Under the pieces are notes generated by a model. It was not told the origin of the DNA, ran no database searches, and worked only from the letters and a program-made list of their open reading frames with translations. DNA of 63,004 bases, the filler included, from Kipferlia bialata (taxonomy: Eukaryota): assembly GCA_003568945.1 (NCBI GenBank). It is 5 parts of 5 records of this genome, joined end to end, with 100 filler letters (N's around TTAATTAATTAA, not from the genome) between each part and the next. Parts side by side here need not be neighbours in the genome. Positions count along the whole stretch, not along the records: positions 24,553 to 39,519 come from BDIP01000755.1; positions 39,620 to 54,578 come from BDIP01000756.1; 3 more parts are not named here. One strand, given 5' to 3'. Below, piece after piece: positions 38,735 to 52,400 of this stretch. The translations under genes were made by a program, and so were the position numbers. Position 1 is the stretch's first letter, and every line of letters begins with the position of its first letter.

Positions 38735-39358
38735 GATATATACCGCTATACACCAGGTCCACCCCCTCTGCACCCCCCTCTTTCTCTCTCTCTCTCTTTC
38801 TCCATATATTGTTTTATCTGTCACTCAATCAAATTTTCACTAACCACCAGACCCACCCCCTCTGCACCCCCCTCTGTGCCAGCCAGGGCACCCATGACAA
38901 GGTATGGACTACTATACACATATACCATAGTATATATGCACTATTCTAACTCCTAGGATCAATGGCACTGTGGGTGGCATGCACGGACAGAACATGGGAC
39001 AGAGGCCAATGGGCATGGGTGAGTGACATGCTTGTGTACTACCATTCAATAATCACTCTATGCACTATACACAATGTACTATATTCACTTTACACTATAC
39101 TTACCCCCAGGCGGTGTCCCCCAGATGGGAGGCCCACCCACAGCCATGGGACAGATGCCCCACATGGTACGTATTAATATATGTATATGAATATATATAT
39201 ATATACGCACACATATATTGTTTCATTGGTGATGGGACAGATGCCCCACATGGTATGTTATTCTATCTCTGTCTCTATATTTTTATGTATACCTATACCT
39301 GTCTCACCCCCAGAACCCCCTCCCCTCTGCCAATGCTGCACCCATGGTTCCCCAGATG
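37997..39358 (+). CDS. Hypothetical protein with coiled coil and P/M/G-rich tail; truncated by scaffold end
   Basis: Exons NPLFRDQYLLDKRVILLEEIAALR|RDLDAKQEEYESLFGEEKK|PEAKAVPEAPPVPAA|...GGVPQMGGPPTAMGQMPHM; first exon frame and a possible 9-nt microexon (38121-38129) uncertain. Confidence 0.5.
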
Positions 39359-39470
39359 GTACGTATCTCTCTCGCTCTCGCTCTCTCTTTCTGTCCTCCA
39401 CAAGATTTGACACGGATGTGTATATGTACTAGTATAAATTTCCCTTACCGATACACACATATGTATACAT

Positions 39471-39519
<49 letters not shown>

Positions 39520-39619
39520 NNNNNNNNNNNNNNNNNNNNNNNNNNNNNNNNNNNNNNNNNNNNTTAATTAATTAANNNNNNNNNNNNNNNNNNNNNNNNN
39601 NNNNNNNNNNNNNNNNNNN

Positions 39620-39668
<49 letters not shown>

Positions 39669-39797
39669 CAGAGGAGAGAGAAAGAGAGTCATACATATGG
39701 ATGACGAGTGATGGGTAACTTCACACCCATCACCTCAGACACAAAAGTCACACCACTCCATATATGGATATAGATGTATACGTGCATGTATATGTAC

Positions 39798-40297
39798 CTG
39801 GTCTTGTGGTGGTAGAGCATGGCCCTCTGCATCATGGGGATGGAGTCACCTCTCCACAGGATGAACACAAACTGAGGGTGAGGAGACAGGCAATGCAGGT
39901 ACCTACAACGTATAACAAGAGTACACCGACTGTAACCTTGGGCAATAGGAGTGCATATGTAGGTGTAAGTACCTTGACTCTGTGGGACTCGGCGTCACCA
40001 GCAAGGGTCCTGAACAGCACGTACACTGCCTTCTCCTCCTCAAACAGGTGAGTGAACTCATCAACGTCGTTACGGCCAGTGCCGATAACCTGAGGGTCAG
40101 ACACAACTACGTTGGTGCATGTATGATGCTCCTAATATGCACAAACCGACCTTGATGGTGTCCCTGGACCTGCCCTCGTAAGACAGGGCAACCCAGGACA
40201 GAAGGCCGTTCCTGACCTCCTGGAGCTGCTCCTCCACCTTAGGGAGATCCTGATATCAGAATAGAACTCTAACTGTTACCTCAAAGAGCAGGGTCAT
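39798..40297 (-). CDS. COTL1: Coactosin-like ADF-H actin-binding protein (3' end lost at scaffold end)
   Basis: MTLLFE|DLPKVEEQLQEVRNGLLSWVALSYEG...|VIGTGRNDVDEF..VYVLFRTLAGDAESHRVK|FVFILWRGDSIPMMQRA matches the coactosin GD.ES.R.KFVFI.W.G pattern. Confidence 0.8.
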
Positions 40298-40770
40298 CAG
40301 AAAGAGCATATGAAATCCCATTGCTTGGTAAAGAGCCAATCACCAACCCAAAACACACCCTTTCCAGCCAATCATACCCATGATCACACTCACCTCCACA
40401 AACATGTTGTCGAACTTGCTGGTCATCTTAATTGGACGCCTATTTGTTGGAGAGTTGACGTGGACAGAAGGCTCTCTCCGAGAATTGTCCGACTCATTGT
40501 CGGAAAGTCAGGGTTCCAAATGGAATGGAGCTTCCATTAGAGTACGATGAACCTACACACATAGATGCGGTACTTCTGTATGACTGTACTCCAAACCAAT
40601 ACAATGTGAGGTGGTGCCGACCTCAGGCCCATGCATACTGCTGTTTCGCTCTAACTTATCTGTCGGATGACTACACCCTTTCGCTAGCAAAAACCTGGGT
40701 GATCAGCTGGCTCTCTCTTTGTTGGTATAGGTGTAGCGACGACAGCAACTGATAGAGAGTACACCTGCAC

Positions 40771-41299
40771 ATGTGGGACACTGATGACATTATCTACCTG
40801 GTAAGTAGGTTTTAGTGTCTCTCCCTTGAGTATACGGTGTGCCACATTCATCGAGTAGGGTACTGCCCTATTCCTACTTCGACCATTACCCCCACCCCTC
40901 CACGCACACACATAGTTTCCCACATGAAACTACCTGGTACACAGTGTTCTGAAGCCTGTATGGTGTCTCATATCCCAGGACAGCCTAGCTGATCTAACGC
41001 TCTCTGCCCCACTAGAGGAGAGAGAGACAGAGCCAGAAGAGGAGAGAGTTCCTACTGCTATAGAGGGTCTGTGCGGAGGGGCAGCCACAGTCCTCAAGCT
41101 GAATGGGGATGAGTACACACTGGCGAGACCACTGGACAAGTCGAGTGTCGACTTCATCAGGTATGGTAATGGATGTGTAGACTCTGTACTATATCCTCCC
41201 ATTCTTTTGAGTGTCAGGCTCTCCCCCCCCCCCCCCCTTTCCACCCACCGCCCAGCACTACGATTTACAACTCGCACAGTTGTGTCTCTCTATCTACTC

Positions 41300-41339
<40 letters not shown>

Positions 41340-44300
41340 ACCCAATGATATCGTGTCCTGATGGGTGCTCCCTCATTCCTCATTCATCCCTCATCTCTCT
41401 CTCTCCCCCCCCCATCTTTCCCCCATGTCATCTCTGGATCCGCACCCTACATATATTCCATATATGTGGTTTCTCCCCCTTCCACCCAAATACCCTATCT
41501 CTCCTTATATATCTCCCTCTCTATACCTCTATCCACTCACTCACCGCAGGTCATCTCTGGGTCCACACCATGAATATACACTATATATATTTTGTATTCT
41601 CTCACACACTATACTATATCCACTGCCTCACCCCCAGGTCATCTCAGGCTCTACAGACGGTGTCATCAAGGTGTGGCGCAGGAAGGCAGAGACCACTGTG
41701 GAGTACCTCAAGCAGTTCAAGCACAAGGGTGGGTGATATAGTATGTATATAGTCGCACCTCTATATACGTACCTCTATATACACCCCTATATACGTACCT
41801 CTATGTACACCCTATTTACACACACTTGTATTCACTATATGTACCTCTAGCAGTTCAAGCAGAAGGGGTCATGCATTCATGGTGTATGTTATGTATAACT
41901 ATATAACTACTACGTGCATACACTCAATACCCGAGTATCACACCCAGTTCCAGCACAAGAGTAGGTGTGTGTATATACTATTACTCCATCCTCACCCCCC
42001 AGGTGGTGTTGTTGCCATCTGCGTGTCCACCTGTGACAGATACATGGCCACACTGTCTACAGACAAGACAATGCACGTATATGCACTGGACACAATGGGT
42101 AAGGGATATTGTATGTGTATGTAGATATAGTATATATGTAGAGAGGGAGAGGGGGAGAGAGAGAGTACATAACCACACTGGTCACAGACAAGACAATGTA
42201 TGTATATTCATGGAGAGATCACTAATGATCCTATACCCCTCACCCCAGACATTGTCAACACTGTCTCTCTTCCCCATGTCCCTTCTTGTGCCTGTTTCAG
42301 TCACCACCCCAGGGCAGGGGCCACCGTGTGTGTCGGTAGCAGTGTGAACAGGTATAATATGCATATATATATATATATATATGTAGTACAGTATATATAT
42401 AGCATCAGCTATCCTAGGGCAGGGGCCACGGTGTGTGTGGGTACTAGTGTGAACAGGTATAATATGCATATATATATAGTATATACAGTATATATATAGC
42501 ATCAGCTATCCTAGGGCAGGGGCCACGGTGTGTGTCGGTAGTAGCACTCACAGGTATATATGTATATATATATATATATATATGTTTTCCTCTCTCCCAT
42601 GGCCAGAGTGTGTGGGAATCATCATTCATCCCCCTGTTCCAATGTCTTACCCCAGCGGCATCTCCCTGATCAGCAGACATACTAACATCTATATATATAT
42701 ATATACATATGTGTATACATCTATGTCTGTGTCTCTATCTACCATCCCACCCCAGCGGCATCTCCCTGATCAGTATCCATACCAATGTATATACATATAT
42801 AATATATATATACATATATATATATACATATATAATATATATATATTATATATATATATATATATATACATGTATCTATACATCTACATCTATATCTACC
42901 CTCTAACCCAGCGGCATCTCCCTGATCCGTGCCCTGGCAGGGGAGAGAGAGGGGGACGAGGGCACAGGTAACTGTTGGTAGACGTGTACTATATACATGT
43001 AGGTACACTCCTGTATAAACATATGCATATGGACACTGGATGTGTGTATATGGATGCTGGATATATAGTCCAATCTGACCCCAGGCTTCAATGCGGACAT
43101 GGACTTTGACGAGGCAGGGCCCGAGGCAGAGCAGGGCCAGGAGAGGCAGGTGTGTAGTATGTAGTCTACAAAGCATTCACATATATATATATATATATAT
43201 ATCATTGGCAGAGGCAGTGCAGGGGCAGGAGAGGCAGGTATATGCATTGTATAGTATACATAGTACACACATATATATACCATCCAGATATTCAATATAT
43301 ATATACCTCACCCCCCAGACCGAGACCGACTCTGACCTCCCTGTCTAGTATATGTACACATCTGTACATCTCTACATAGTATGTATATAGTGTATACTAA
43401 TCGGATATACACCTCACCCCCCAGACCGAGACCGACTCTGACCTGCCCGACCCCGTCCTGAAGACACTCTCAGTGCACATACACCCGGTGGTGGGTACGT
43501 GCTTGGATAGTATGTGAATATATATACGTAAACACCCTGTGGTCGGTACGTGCTATTGAAGTACACACATCATACTGATACTGACAGAGTACCATTATTG
43601 TGTATATTTGCCATATATACAGTGTATCTCTTTCCTCACTCTCTCACTCCCTAACCCCAGCCCTTGGCTACTGTTATCAGTCCAACCTGCTTCTGTCAGT
43701 CGATGTGTCAGGCATGCCATGTCTACACGACATGGCAACACTCGCACCTCCAAAGTAAGGGTATTATATATATGAATAATATTACATGTATATATGTATA
43801 TATATATATACATAGAGAGTGTGTGTGTGTGTGTGTATGGATGTGTCAGGCATACCATGTCTACACGACATGGCAACACTCGCACCACCAAAGTATGTAC
43901 GTTATATATATGTATATACATACCATTCTCACCCCCAGGAAGACCAAGAAGGGCGTGACCCGTGAGTACATTGACCACACCACCGGACTGACCCTCCCCA
44001 CCCACACCCCTCCACTGAAGGTGTCGGTGTCCAGTCCCAAGAAGAGACAGAGGATCATTAGGTGCAGTGGTTGTGGAGTGAAAGTGTATTGTTACATTAC
44101 CCTCTCACCTCAACCTTGGCCGCAACCACGTGCTTGGCTTAGTATTCTCTCTCTATATATAACTATAGTGTAGTACGATAGCATATTTTGTACTCATACC
44201 CAGCCTCGGCCGCAACCCCGTGCTTGGCATCTCCCCCTCCCCTGATGGGTCCATGTATGCACTGAGCCATGCAGACTTTGTGACAACCAGTGTGCTCAAT

Positions 44301-46032
44301 GTGGTGGACGGGACAGTGACTAGCCTAGTAGATACAAAGGTATATACTGATACTGATACATATATATATATACATATATATATATACATGTATATATTGT
44401 ATATTGTATGCAGTGTGCTCAACGTGGTGGACGGGACAGTGACAACACTGCTAGACACTAAGGTATGGATGCGTGTGTGTAGTATAGTGGTTAGTATACC
44501 GATACCCTCACCCCTTAGGAGCTGAATCCAATATATCCAATCTTCATATCTATACCATGTCTCTACACCCTACCTGTCTGACCTTAGGAGCTGAAGGGAG
44601 GAGAGGCCAAGGCAAGGAGGGTCATTCAACATCTACTATACAATACTATAATATACCCATATATAGCTAGATACACTCCTTAACCTTAGGAGCTGAAGGG
44701 TGGGGAGGCCAAGGCAAGGAGGGACAGACTCATAGAGAGGCTGGTGACAAGGTGTGGGAGTATGACTATTCTATACTAGACTATGCCATATAAAGTATGG
44801 TTGTATTGTTCAAGATGTATGTGGATGTATAGGCAAGGAGGGACAGACTGACAGAGAGGCTGGTGACTAGGTACAGTATATATCACGCATATCCTCTATA
44901 CCTGTATCTCACCCCCCAGGTTTGGCAGGCGTAGAGAGGCCGTGCGGTCTGGCAAGCACCAGGACCCACTCCTCCCGGCATACCCTAGGTATCTACTATT
45001 CAATATATAGGTGATATAGTGCAAGTATTATACATATTATACTTACATGGACACCAAAATGTACCAGGACCCACTTCTGCCGGCATACCCTAGGTACCAG
45101 TGTGTATGTATGTATAGGAAACTGTATATAATCATTATATATGTACATATGTATCCCTCTCCCAATTCACGCCAGGGCTGCCTGCCTCTCCCCCTCTGAG
45201 TGTTCTCTCTCTCTCTCCCTCTCTTCTTATATCTCTATATGATCCATTGACATCAGGGCTGCCTGGCTCTCCCCTTCTCTTCTTAATCTCCCTTTATATG
45301 CATATATTACTATCACATTCCCATCAATTGACATCAGGGCCGCCTGGCTGTCCCCCTCTGAGTGTTTTCTCTCTCTCTCTCTCTCTCTCTCTCTTACTAT
45401 ATCTCTATATGATCTCTCACCCCCAGGGCTGCCTGGCTTTCCCCTTCTGAGTGCTCTTTCTCTCTCTCTCCCTCTTCCTATATCTCTATATGATCCATTG
45501 ACATCAGGGCTGCCTGGCTCTCCCCCTCTGAGCTGATGACCCCCCTGCGTGAGGGTGTGGGTGTGTGGCAGCAGGGGGTGGGGGAGGACGGGGCCCAGAC
45601 ATACTCTGTAGTCACGAGGTGAGGGAGTGTATATGCTGTATGCCGCAGTTGTGCAGACAGTATGAGTATCAGTATCCTGTGTGTCCCTCACCCTCACCCT
45701 CAGGGGTCTCAGGGCCGAGCTCTCTCTGATAGACTCCAGACTCACAGTGCTGTCAACCGCAGTCAGAACAGGTGTGATGATGAATATACTATATATATAT
45801 AGAGAGAGAATAGGAGAGAGAAAGAGTTTGTATAGACAGTAGACTCACAGTACTGTCAACCGCAGTCAGGACAGGTGTGGCAAAATATTGTTCATAAATT
45901 TCCATATTGCAGATATTCAATTACGTTGTGTGGATTCGTACCCCTCTATATAGCACATCTCCCCTACATCATCCCTCACCCCAGGCAGTGCGTCTCTCTC
46001 TCTCAACAGGTGTTGAAAGATACTATTGCGTA

Positions 46033-46070
<38 letters not shown>

Positions 46071-46389
46071 TATACCTTGTATAACATGACCGTACTTCAC
46101 CCCCCAGGGAGTGCGCCTGGGTCTTAGCTGTGCTACCATGTGGTATACATACATATATATATCTACACTGTATATCATGGCTATCCCTCACCCCCCAGGC
46201 AGTGCGTCTGGTGTTGTGACGTTGGACAGTCAGCAGACACTGCTCGGGGACAACCTCATGAAGGTAAGGGGGAGTGGTGTGTTATTGGTGTGTGCTTTGT
46301 AAGAAGTATGTAACTCCATCGATCCGCCCCTCCCCCACCCCCAGGCCGTGTCCCTAGGAAGGGTGCCCATATCAGACGTGGTCAGGTAT

Positions 46390-46441
<52 letters not shown>

Positions 46442-48954
46442 GGTATGGTATGGCTAGATATATATATAGCATAGCCACCATATCAGACGTGGTCAGGTAT
46501 GGGAGTGTTTGTAGATATAGCCGTTCCTCTCTCTACATATGATGTGTGTTACACTCACTCCCAGGGAGTCCATGCTGTTCTTCGAATCTTTTCAATCCAT
46601 AGTCACTCTCTCTCTCTCTATATATATATATCCTCTAGTGCCCTCACCCTAGGGAGTCGATGCTGTTCTTCCTGTCCCAGGGTGGAGCCAGGTTCTACAT
46701 AGCCAGCCAGAGGGGGCCCAAGGAGGAGGTAAATAGATATATATACATGTATATATATATGATTGGTATATATATATGTTTGTATACTATATATGTGCAT
46801 AGCCAGCCAGAGGGGGCCCAAGGAGGAGGTATACATGTGTATATATTGTATATTCATATATATAGTATATAGTGTATGCACATACACATTGTATATATAC
46901 ATAGCCAGCCAGAGGGGGCCCAAGGAGGAGGTGTGTAGTATATGTATGTATATATATATGTATTTATATATATATATAGTATGTTGTATATATGCATATA
47001 CACATTGTATATACATAGCCAGTCAGAGGGGGCCCAAGGAGGAGGTGTGGATGTATATAAGTATGGTATATATACATATATATAGTGAGTGTATAATGTT
47101 GTTATACATAGCCAGCCCGAGGGGGGCCAAGGAGGAGGTATACTCGGCCTAGTATGAGTAACAGTGTCAATGAGTATGTGTGTGTATCAATTGGTATACA
47201 CACTCACCCCAGGCCGTCAAGACCTCCTCGAGGGATGTGGTGATTGAGTCAGCTGTGGCATCGGGGGAGGCACAGGGGCACAAGCACAGGTGGGGTATAG
47301 TATACATATGTATATAATATATATCTATATGTAGAGAGAGAGAGAGAGAGAGAGATGGAGAGTGGCATCTGGGGAGGCACATGGGCACAAGCACATGTCG
47401 GCACACCTACTCTCTCTCACACCCACACTTATACATATACATTATAATAGAGACAGAGGGAAATGGAGAGAAAGGAGACAGTATCCAGTAATTGCAGTGG
47501 AGTTGACCCTGTCATCCGCAGTGTATATAGTCCTGTAGTAATACAGTATATACGCAAACATTACTTTGTATCATTCACCCCAGGACTGCTGAGACGGTGT
47601 CATCCACAGTGTATATGCATATGGTGTAGCGTATATTCACATATATGTATATGTATGTCTGTGTATAAACCCATACCCACCCCAGGACCGCTGAGACGGG
47701 TGTCATCCTGCACACCACCATGGGGGACATCGAGATAGAGTTCTACAAGGAGGTGGGTGTATTATATATGACTTTCATATATATTCCCCTCCAAAACTAT
47801 AAAGACTCTGTAAGGAGGAATGGGTCTAGTATATACATATATAGTACCCCCCATTTCCCTATTTAAATGTATTGGTATATTAGTTGAGTTCAAGAAGGTG
47901 GGAGTGGTGCATGGGCTATACGCTGTGTGAATAGTTTAGTATTATATTTTCATTATCTCCCCCCAGGCCATCAAGACTGTGTACAACATGGTCACTCTGT
48001 GCAAGAGACAGTACTACGACGGAGTCATATTCCACAGGATCATCAGAAACTTCATGGTGCAGGGTATGTGTAGAATATAGATATATTACATATCCATATT
48101 ACATATCCATGTATGTGAATACTATACCATGTATTCCAAAGTATGCTTGTATACTATGCCACAGGATCATCAGAAACTTCATGGTGCAGGGTATTTGTAT
48201 CAGTATCAGTATCATGGAGTGTATATGTACAGTATATACATGAATATACATGTATATATGTAAATATGTAAGTATATGTACGTTAACATGTATGTCTCAC
48301 TCCAGGCGGTGACCCCACCGGCACTGGCACAGGGGGCTCATCGGCATTCGGGGCTCCATTCGAGGTAAGGGGTCGTGGGTGTATATATGTATATATAGGT
48401 TCTTCCTCAGCTCTCTCTCTCTCTCTCCCTCTTCCTCACATCCCAGGATGAGATCATCAAGGGTCTGAGCCACACAGAGTTCACAGTGTCCATGGCTAAC
48501 TCAGGTATGGGTGGTGTGCATTTAGATACTATTGGAGGATAGTGTCTCCCTCTCTATCTAACCCCCAGGCCCCAACACCAACAACTCCAGTTCTTCATCA
48601 CAACCATATCCTCTCTCTCTCTGTCTCTCTCTCTCTCTCTCCGCCCCTCTCCCTCTGTCTCACTCTAGGCCCCAACACCAACAACTCCCAGTTCTTCATC
48701 ACCACCGTGGCCTGTCCCCATCTGGACGGGAAGCACACGGTGTTTGGGAGGGTGAAGAATGGGCAGAGGACAGTCAAGCAGATGGAGCAGGTGGGTATAT
48801 TGTACACTGTATTAGAGACTATATAGAGAGAGGGAGAGGGAGGTACATACATGCATCCATAGATGAATCCGCCCCCCACCGCCAGGTTGCCACCCGCGGC
48901 CTGGACAGACCCGTGGAGCCCATCATCATATCATCAACCACCTTGATCATATAG
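40771..48954 (+). CDS. PPWD1: Peptidylprolyl isomerase domain and WD repeat protein 1 (spliceosomal cyclophilin)
   Basis: [48 protein letters not shown] (WD40); [70 protein letters not shown] 48952-48954; start codon inferred. Confidence 0.92.
45173..45532 (+). repeat. Five-copy acceptor/exon-start array in PPWD1
   Basis: CAG|GGCTGCCTGGCTCTCCCCCTCTGAG-like units starting 45176, 45257, 45338, 45427 and 45508 (the live exon). Confidence 0.92.
46698..47139 (+). repeat. Five-copy exon-end/donor array in PPWD1
   Basis: CATAGCCAGCCAGAGGGGGCCCAAGGAGGAG|GT at 46698 (live), 46798, 46900, 47014, 47107, separated by TA/TG-rich spacers. Confidence 0.95.
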
Positions 48955-49231
48955 AGGGATAAAGACGTTCATCCCATAGAGAGGGAGTGACCCAGCCATT
49001 CATGAGTTGGTTGCATTGGGAAAATTTGGCTTTGTGTTTTGTGTAATAGATTGTTCATCATCACAATACGCTTGATATAGGGATTAGGGGCCAAGGTATT
49101 AAGTTATGTACTGTGTAATATTAATGATAGATATGTGTACAGTTCCCCTAGAATCGAGTAATTGAAGCAAATAGATGGCTGAGGTCAATCTCACAAATGC
49201 GCAGTGACCCTAGAATCGCGTAACTCTCTCA

Positions 49232-49314
49232 GCACGGATGGCCGAGGGGTTAAGGCGTCACGTTCAGGTCGTGATTGAGATTACTCAGCGTGGGTTCGAA
49301 TCCCACTTCGTGCA
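49232..49314 (+). tRNA. tRNA-Leu(CAG)
   Basis: Acceptor GCACGGA/TTCGTGC+A, A-box TGGCCGAGGGG, anticodon stem TCACG/CGTGA with loop TT-CAG-GT, long variable arm TGAG-ATTA-CTCA, T arm GTGGG-TTCGAAT-CCCAC, followed by TTTT. Confidence 0.95.
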
Positions 49315-49494
49315 GTTTTCAATAGAGAAGAGAGGCCGTAGAAAAGTATATATGTGGGTGAGAGTGTGGGTGTATCAATGATACATTGTTAATTGTACTA
49401 TGTCACTCTTTATTCATGGACTGTGCGGAAGAAGAAGCACAAAAGTAGCAGTGTCTTTTGAGTGGAAATATACTCCTCAATGCATAAAAATGAT

Positions 49495-52400
49495 TCAGAA
49501 AGATGAGCTAGAATCATAACTGGAACTGCTATCGTCAGAAAAGCTCTCAGTGTGGTTATTCCCACTTCTGACCACTGACATATTCCCTCCCACAGGTGGA
49601 AAGCCTATAGGGGTGGTACCAGAAACCTGAGAGTTAGTGGTATTGCTAACTCAGTATTGTATGATACTTGGCATCAGTATCAGTATCAGTATCAATGGGA
49701 GAGTACATACAGGAGGTGTATATAGCAGATAGTTCCCATAGAAGACGTATACATGTGCAGAAACTGTAAATTACTGACTGGTGTCTATATTCCAATACAT
49801 AGCTGTCAATTAATATGGCTGCATTTGAGAGTATTGGTCTACCCTTACCTGCATAGTAGATGGGGCAGGGGGATAGGTCGGTACTCCATGGGTACTAGGG
49901 GGTGCAGGGTAGACATCTTCCACGACCTAATTGGTAAGATACAGTAGATATAGATCCAACCTATGGTCTCCCGCTTATATTGGTGTGGAGTATTGTGTAT
50001 GGTACTATATATTGTGATTCATATTGTTCCTTATTGAGGAGTATCAGTAATAAAGTGTATGATTTCACACCTGAGTGTTACCTCCTGGACTCTGGTAGGC
50101 ATATGCAGAGGCGGTGTAGGGGTCCTAATGGTGAGTTGTACGGGCATACACTGCCTCTTAAACAGAGTTGGTGGTGGAGTAAGATGGTGGTACACAGAAG
50201 AGTTCTATACTACACTGCTATTATATACAAACATGCAATGATTACTAGCCACAGCGAATGGGCCCTGTGAGTTTGTTAAGGCAAAGGAAATATCAATAAA
50301 GTGTCACGTGCACTCTACTCTATCTGTATATACACATCGATATACACGCTTATAATCTGTGAGTATCTGCGTATCAGCTCACCTGAGCCTCAGGTACAGG
50401 CATAAGCGGCATATATATATATGTCTGTATTGACGTCTATACTGTTCGGCATTTGATGTGTCTGACCAGCACCCATGGTCAGGGCCACACACACATATAT
50501 ATATACATATTGTTATGCATATGTCAAGAGTATTACCTGGGCCACAGGTACCGGCATTGGCTGTATGTCAATGTCTGGCATTGCCTGTGTCCTACTCAGG
50601 GCCATACCCCCAAGGTCCAGCCCAGCTAGGTCTGCATCCGAGATGAAGTGGGCCTAGTGTTTAGTAGTAACTGAGCGGGTAAGGTAGCAATGTGTGTTCT
50701 TAACTTAATATTTAAGGGGAAAGGATCATGTGACATCAACCGTGCGGATATTCGTACTGAATTGAATCGGAAGAAAGGTCACACCTGCTGTCTGAGCTCC
50801 TCTCTTCTCTCTCTCTCCTCTCTCCTCTCCACCTCCTCCTTTCTCCTGACCAGTCTCTCCTGTGCTGCTAGGTTACGCCGCATCTCATCCTCTCTGGGGT
50901 TAGAGAACATGATATATGAATGAGTGTATACGTAACAGAAAGCAGTGCGTCGGATAAGAGTGGAGTTTCCTCACCTAGTTGCCTTGTGTTGATACTGTAC
51001 GGTATACATATACATATACATATATAGTTAAACATACATACCTTGCTGCCTCCCTGGCCACTGTCTGTCTCTGTAGAGTGCTAGAACCCGCAGTGCTACT
51101 GCACATCTGATTACCCTGGGTAAGAGGCAGGAAGACATAGTAGGCCCTTCTTTTAAGGGAATACGACATAGACAGTTTTCGATTTTGTGCCTCCCGTTAA
51201 GGCAGAGTTGTCAGTATGACACAATGTTGTTCTGTATACCTGGCCCCCCTCGATGTGCATGGGTTGGTAAGAGTCGCCCATACCCTGGTCACTTGTACTG
51301 TACACCCAGGGCTCATTAGACTGGTTGGGGTTATCGGGGGTCTCTCTTCTGACGTCAGATCTAAGGTCTAGCAGTATATAGATGCAAAACCGAAAAAAAC
51401 ACCTTACTCTCACCTATCACTTCACAATTTTACTGCAAAATATCAGCTCAGTAGAATATGAGACAAATAGTAAACTCCACACATAAAAGAACATGCCGTG
51501 GAGTAACTGATTCCCAACCCCACCTCTTTCTCCTAGATCTGACCCCCAGGTATATCACAGAAGCCCAGAAGCCACAGGTTAAGAGAAGGATACACACCTA
51601 ACGTCAGATATATACATGTGTATATACACATACATATATACACATACCCATTTACGGAGAGAGAGAGAGGATATCACCGTTGTGCATAAGCGCTAGGACG
51701 ATGGGTACTCATACCAGAGTTAGGATAATTACTATATACATAGAGAGAGAGAGAGAGAGAGTAAGATCCACATACATACAAATATCCAAATACAGTGTGC
51801 CTAAATATTGACTGCTGTATATATATACATGTTTAACATAGAGATAGAAGATACCGACTTACTATTTCGATGGTCTCGGTGTAACATGCACTGTCTATGC
51901 ACACATTACATGTAAAGAGGTACATGTGGAGAGACCCCGCATCAGAGGCAAAGGTCACTAGGGTGAGAGACATATATATCCATAGATATATATATATGCA
52001 TATACATATGTATATATAGAGAGTATGTGAAGTGGTACATTCATTAAGGAGCCAGCCTCAGAGGCAAAGGTCACTAGGGTGAGAGGGAGAGAGAGAGATA
52101 TATAGAGAGAACACGTAGGTGAGGTGGTATGTGTGTAGAGACGAGCTCTCAAAAGAGACAAGAATCACTGGGTGGAGACATATATATGGATAAACCCTAC
52201 ATCTAAACAGGTGGAGAAAGAGAGAAAGAAAGTGAGTATATTGGGGGTCAATCTATACATATGTATTATTGTATATGTATATGGAGAGAGTGTTTGAAGT
52301 AGTACATTTGGAAGTAGCCGGCATGAGGCTAAAGTGACTAGGATGAGACGCTCACGGGCATATACCCTATATCTAAAGAGGTTGGAAGATGCAAAGAGAG

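Noticed and set aside
42700..43300. Many Y/I/C-rich short ORFs in the ORF track
   Set aside because: Translations of (TA)n/(TG)n intronic microsatellites.
46698..47139. CRISPR-like array (31-nt repeats with variable spacers); similar at 58471-58941
   Set aside because: Repeats are copies of a coding exon end plus GT, spacers are microsatellite filler, there are no cas genes and the context is eukaryotic.
49232..49314. tRNA-Sec (TTCA in the anticodon loop, SepSecS in the window)
   Set aside because: The 7-nt loop TTCAGGT centres on CAG, the acceptor stem is a normal 7 bp and the discriminator is A, so this is Leu; it is also on a different scaffold piece.
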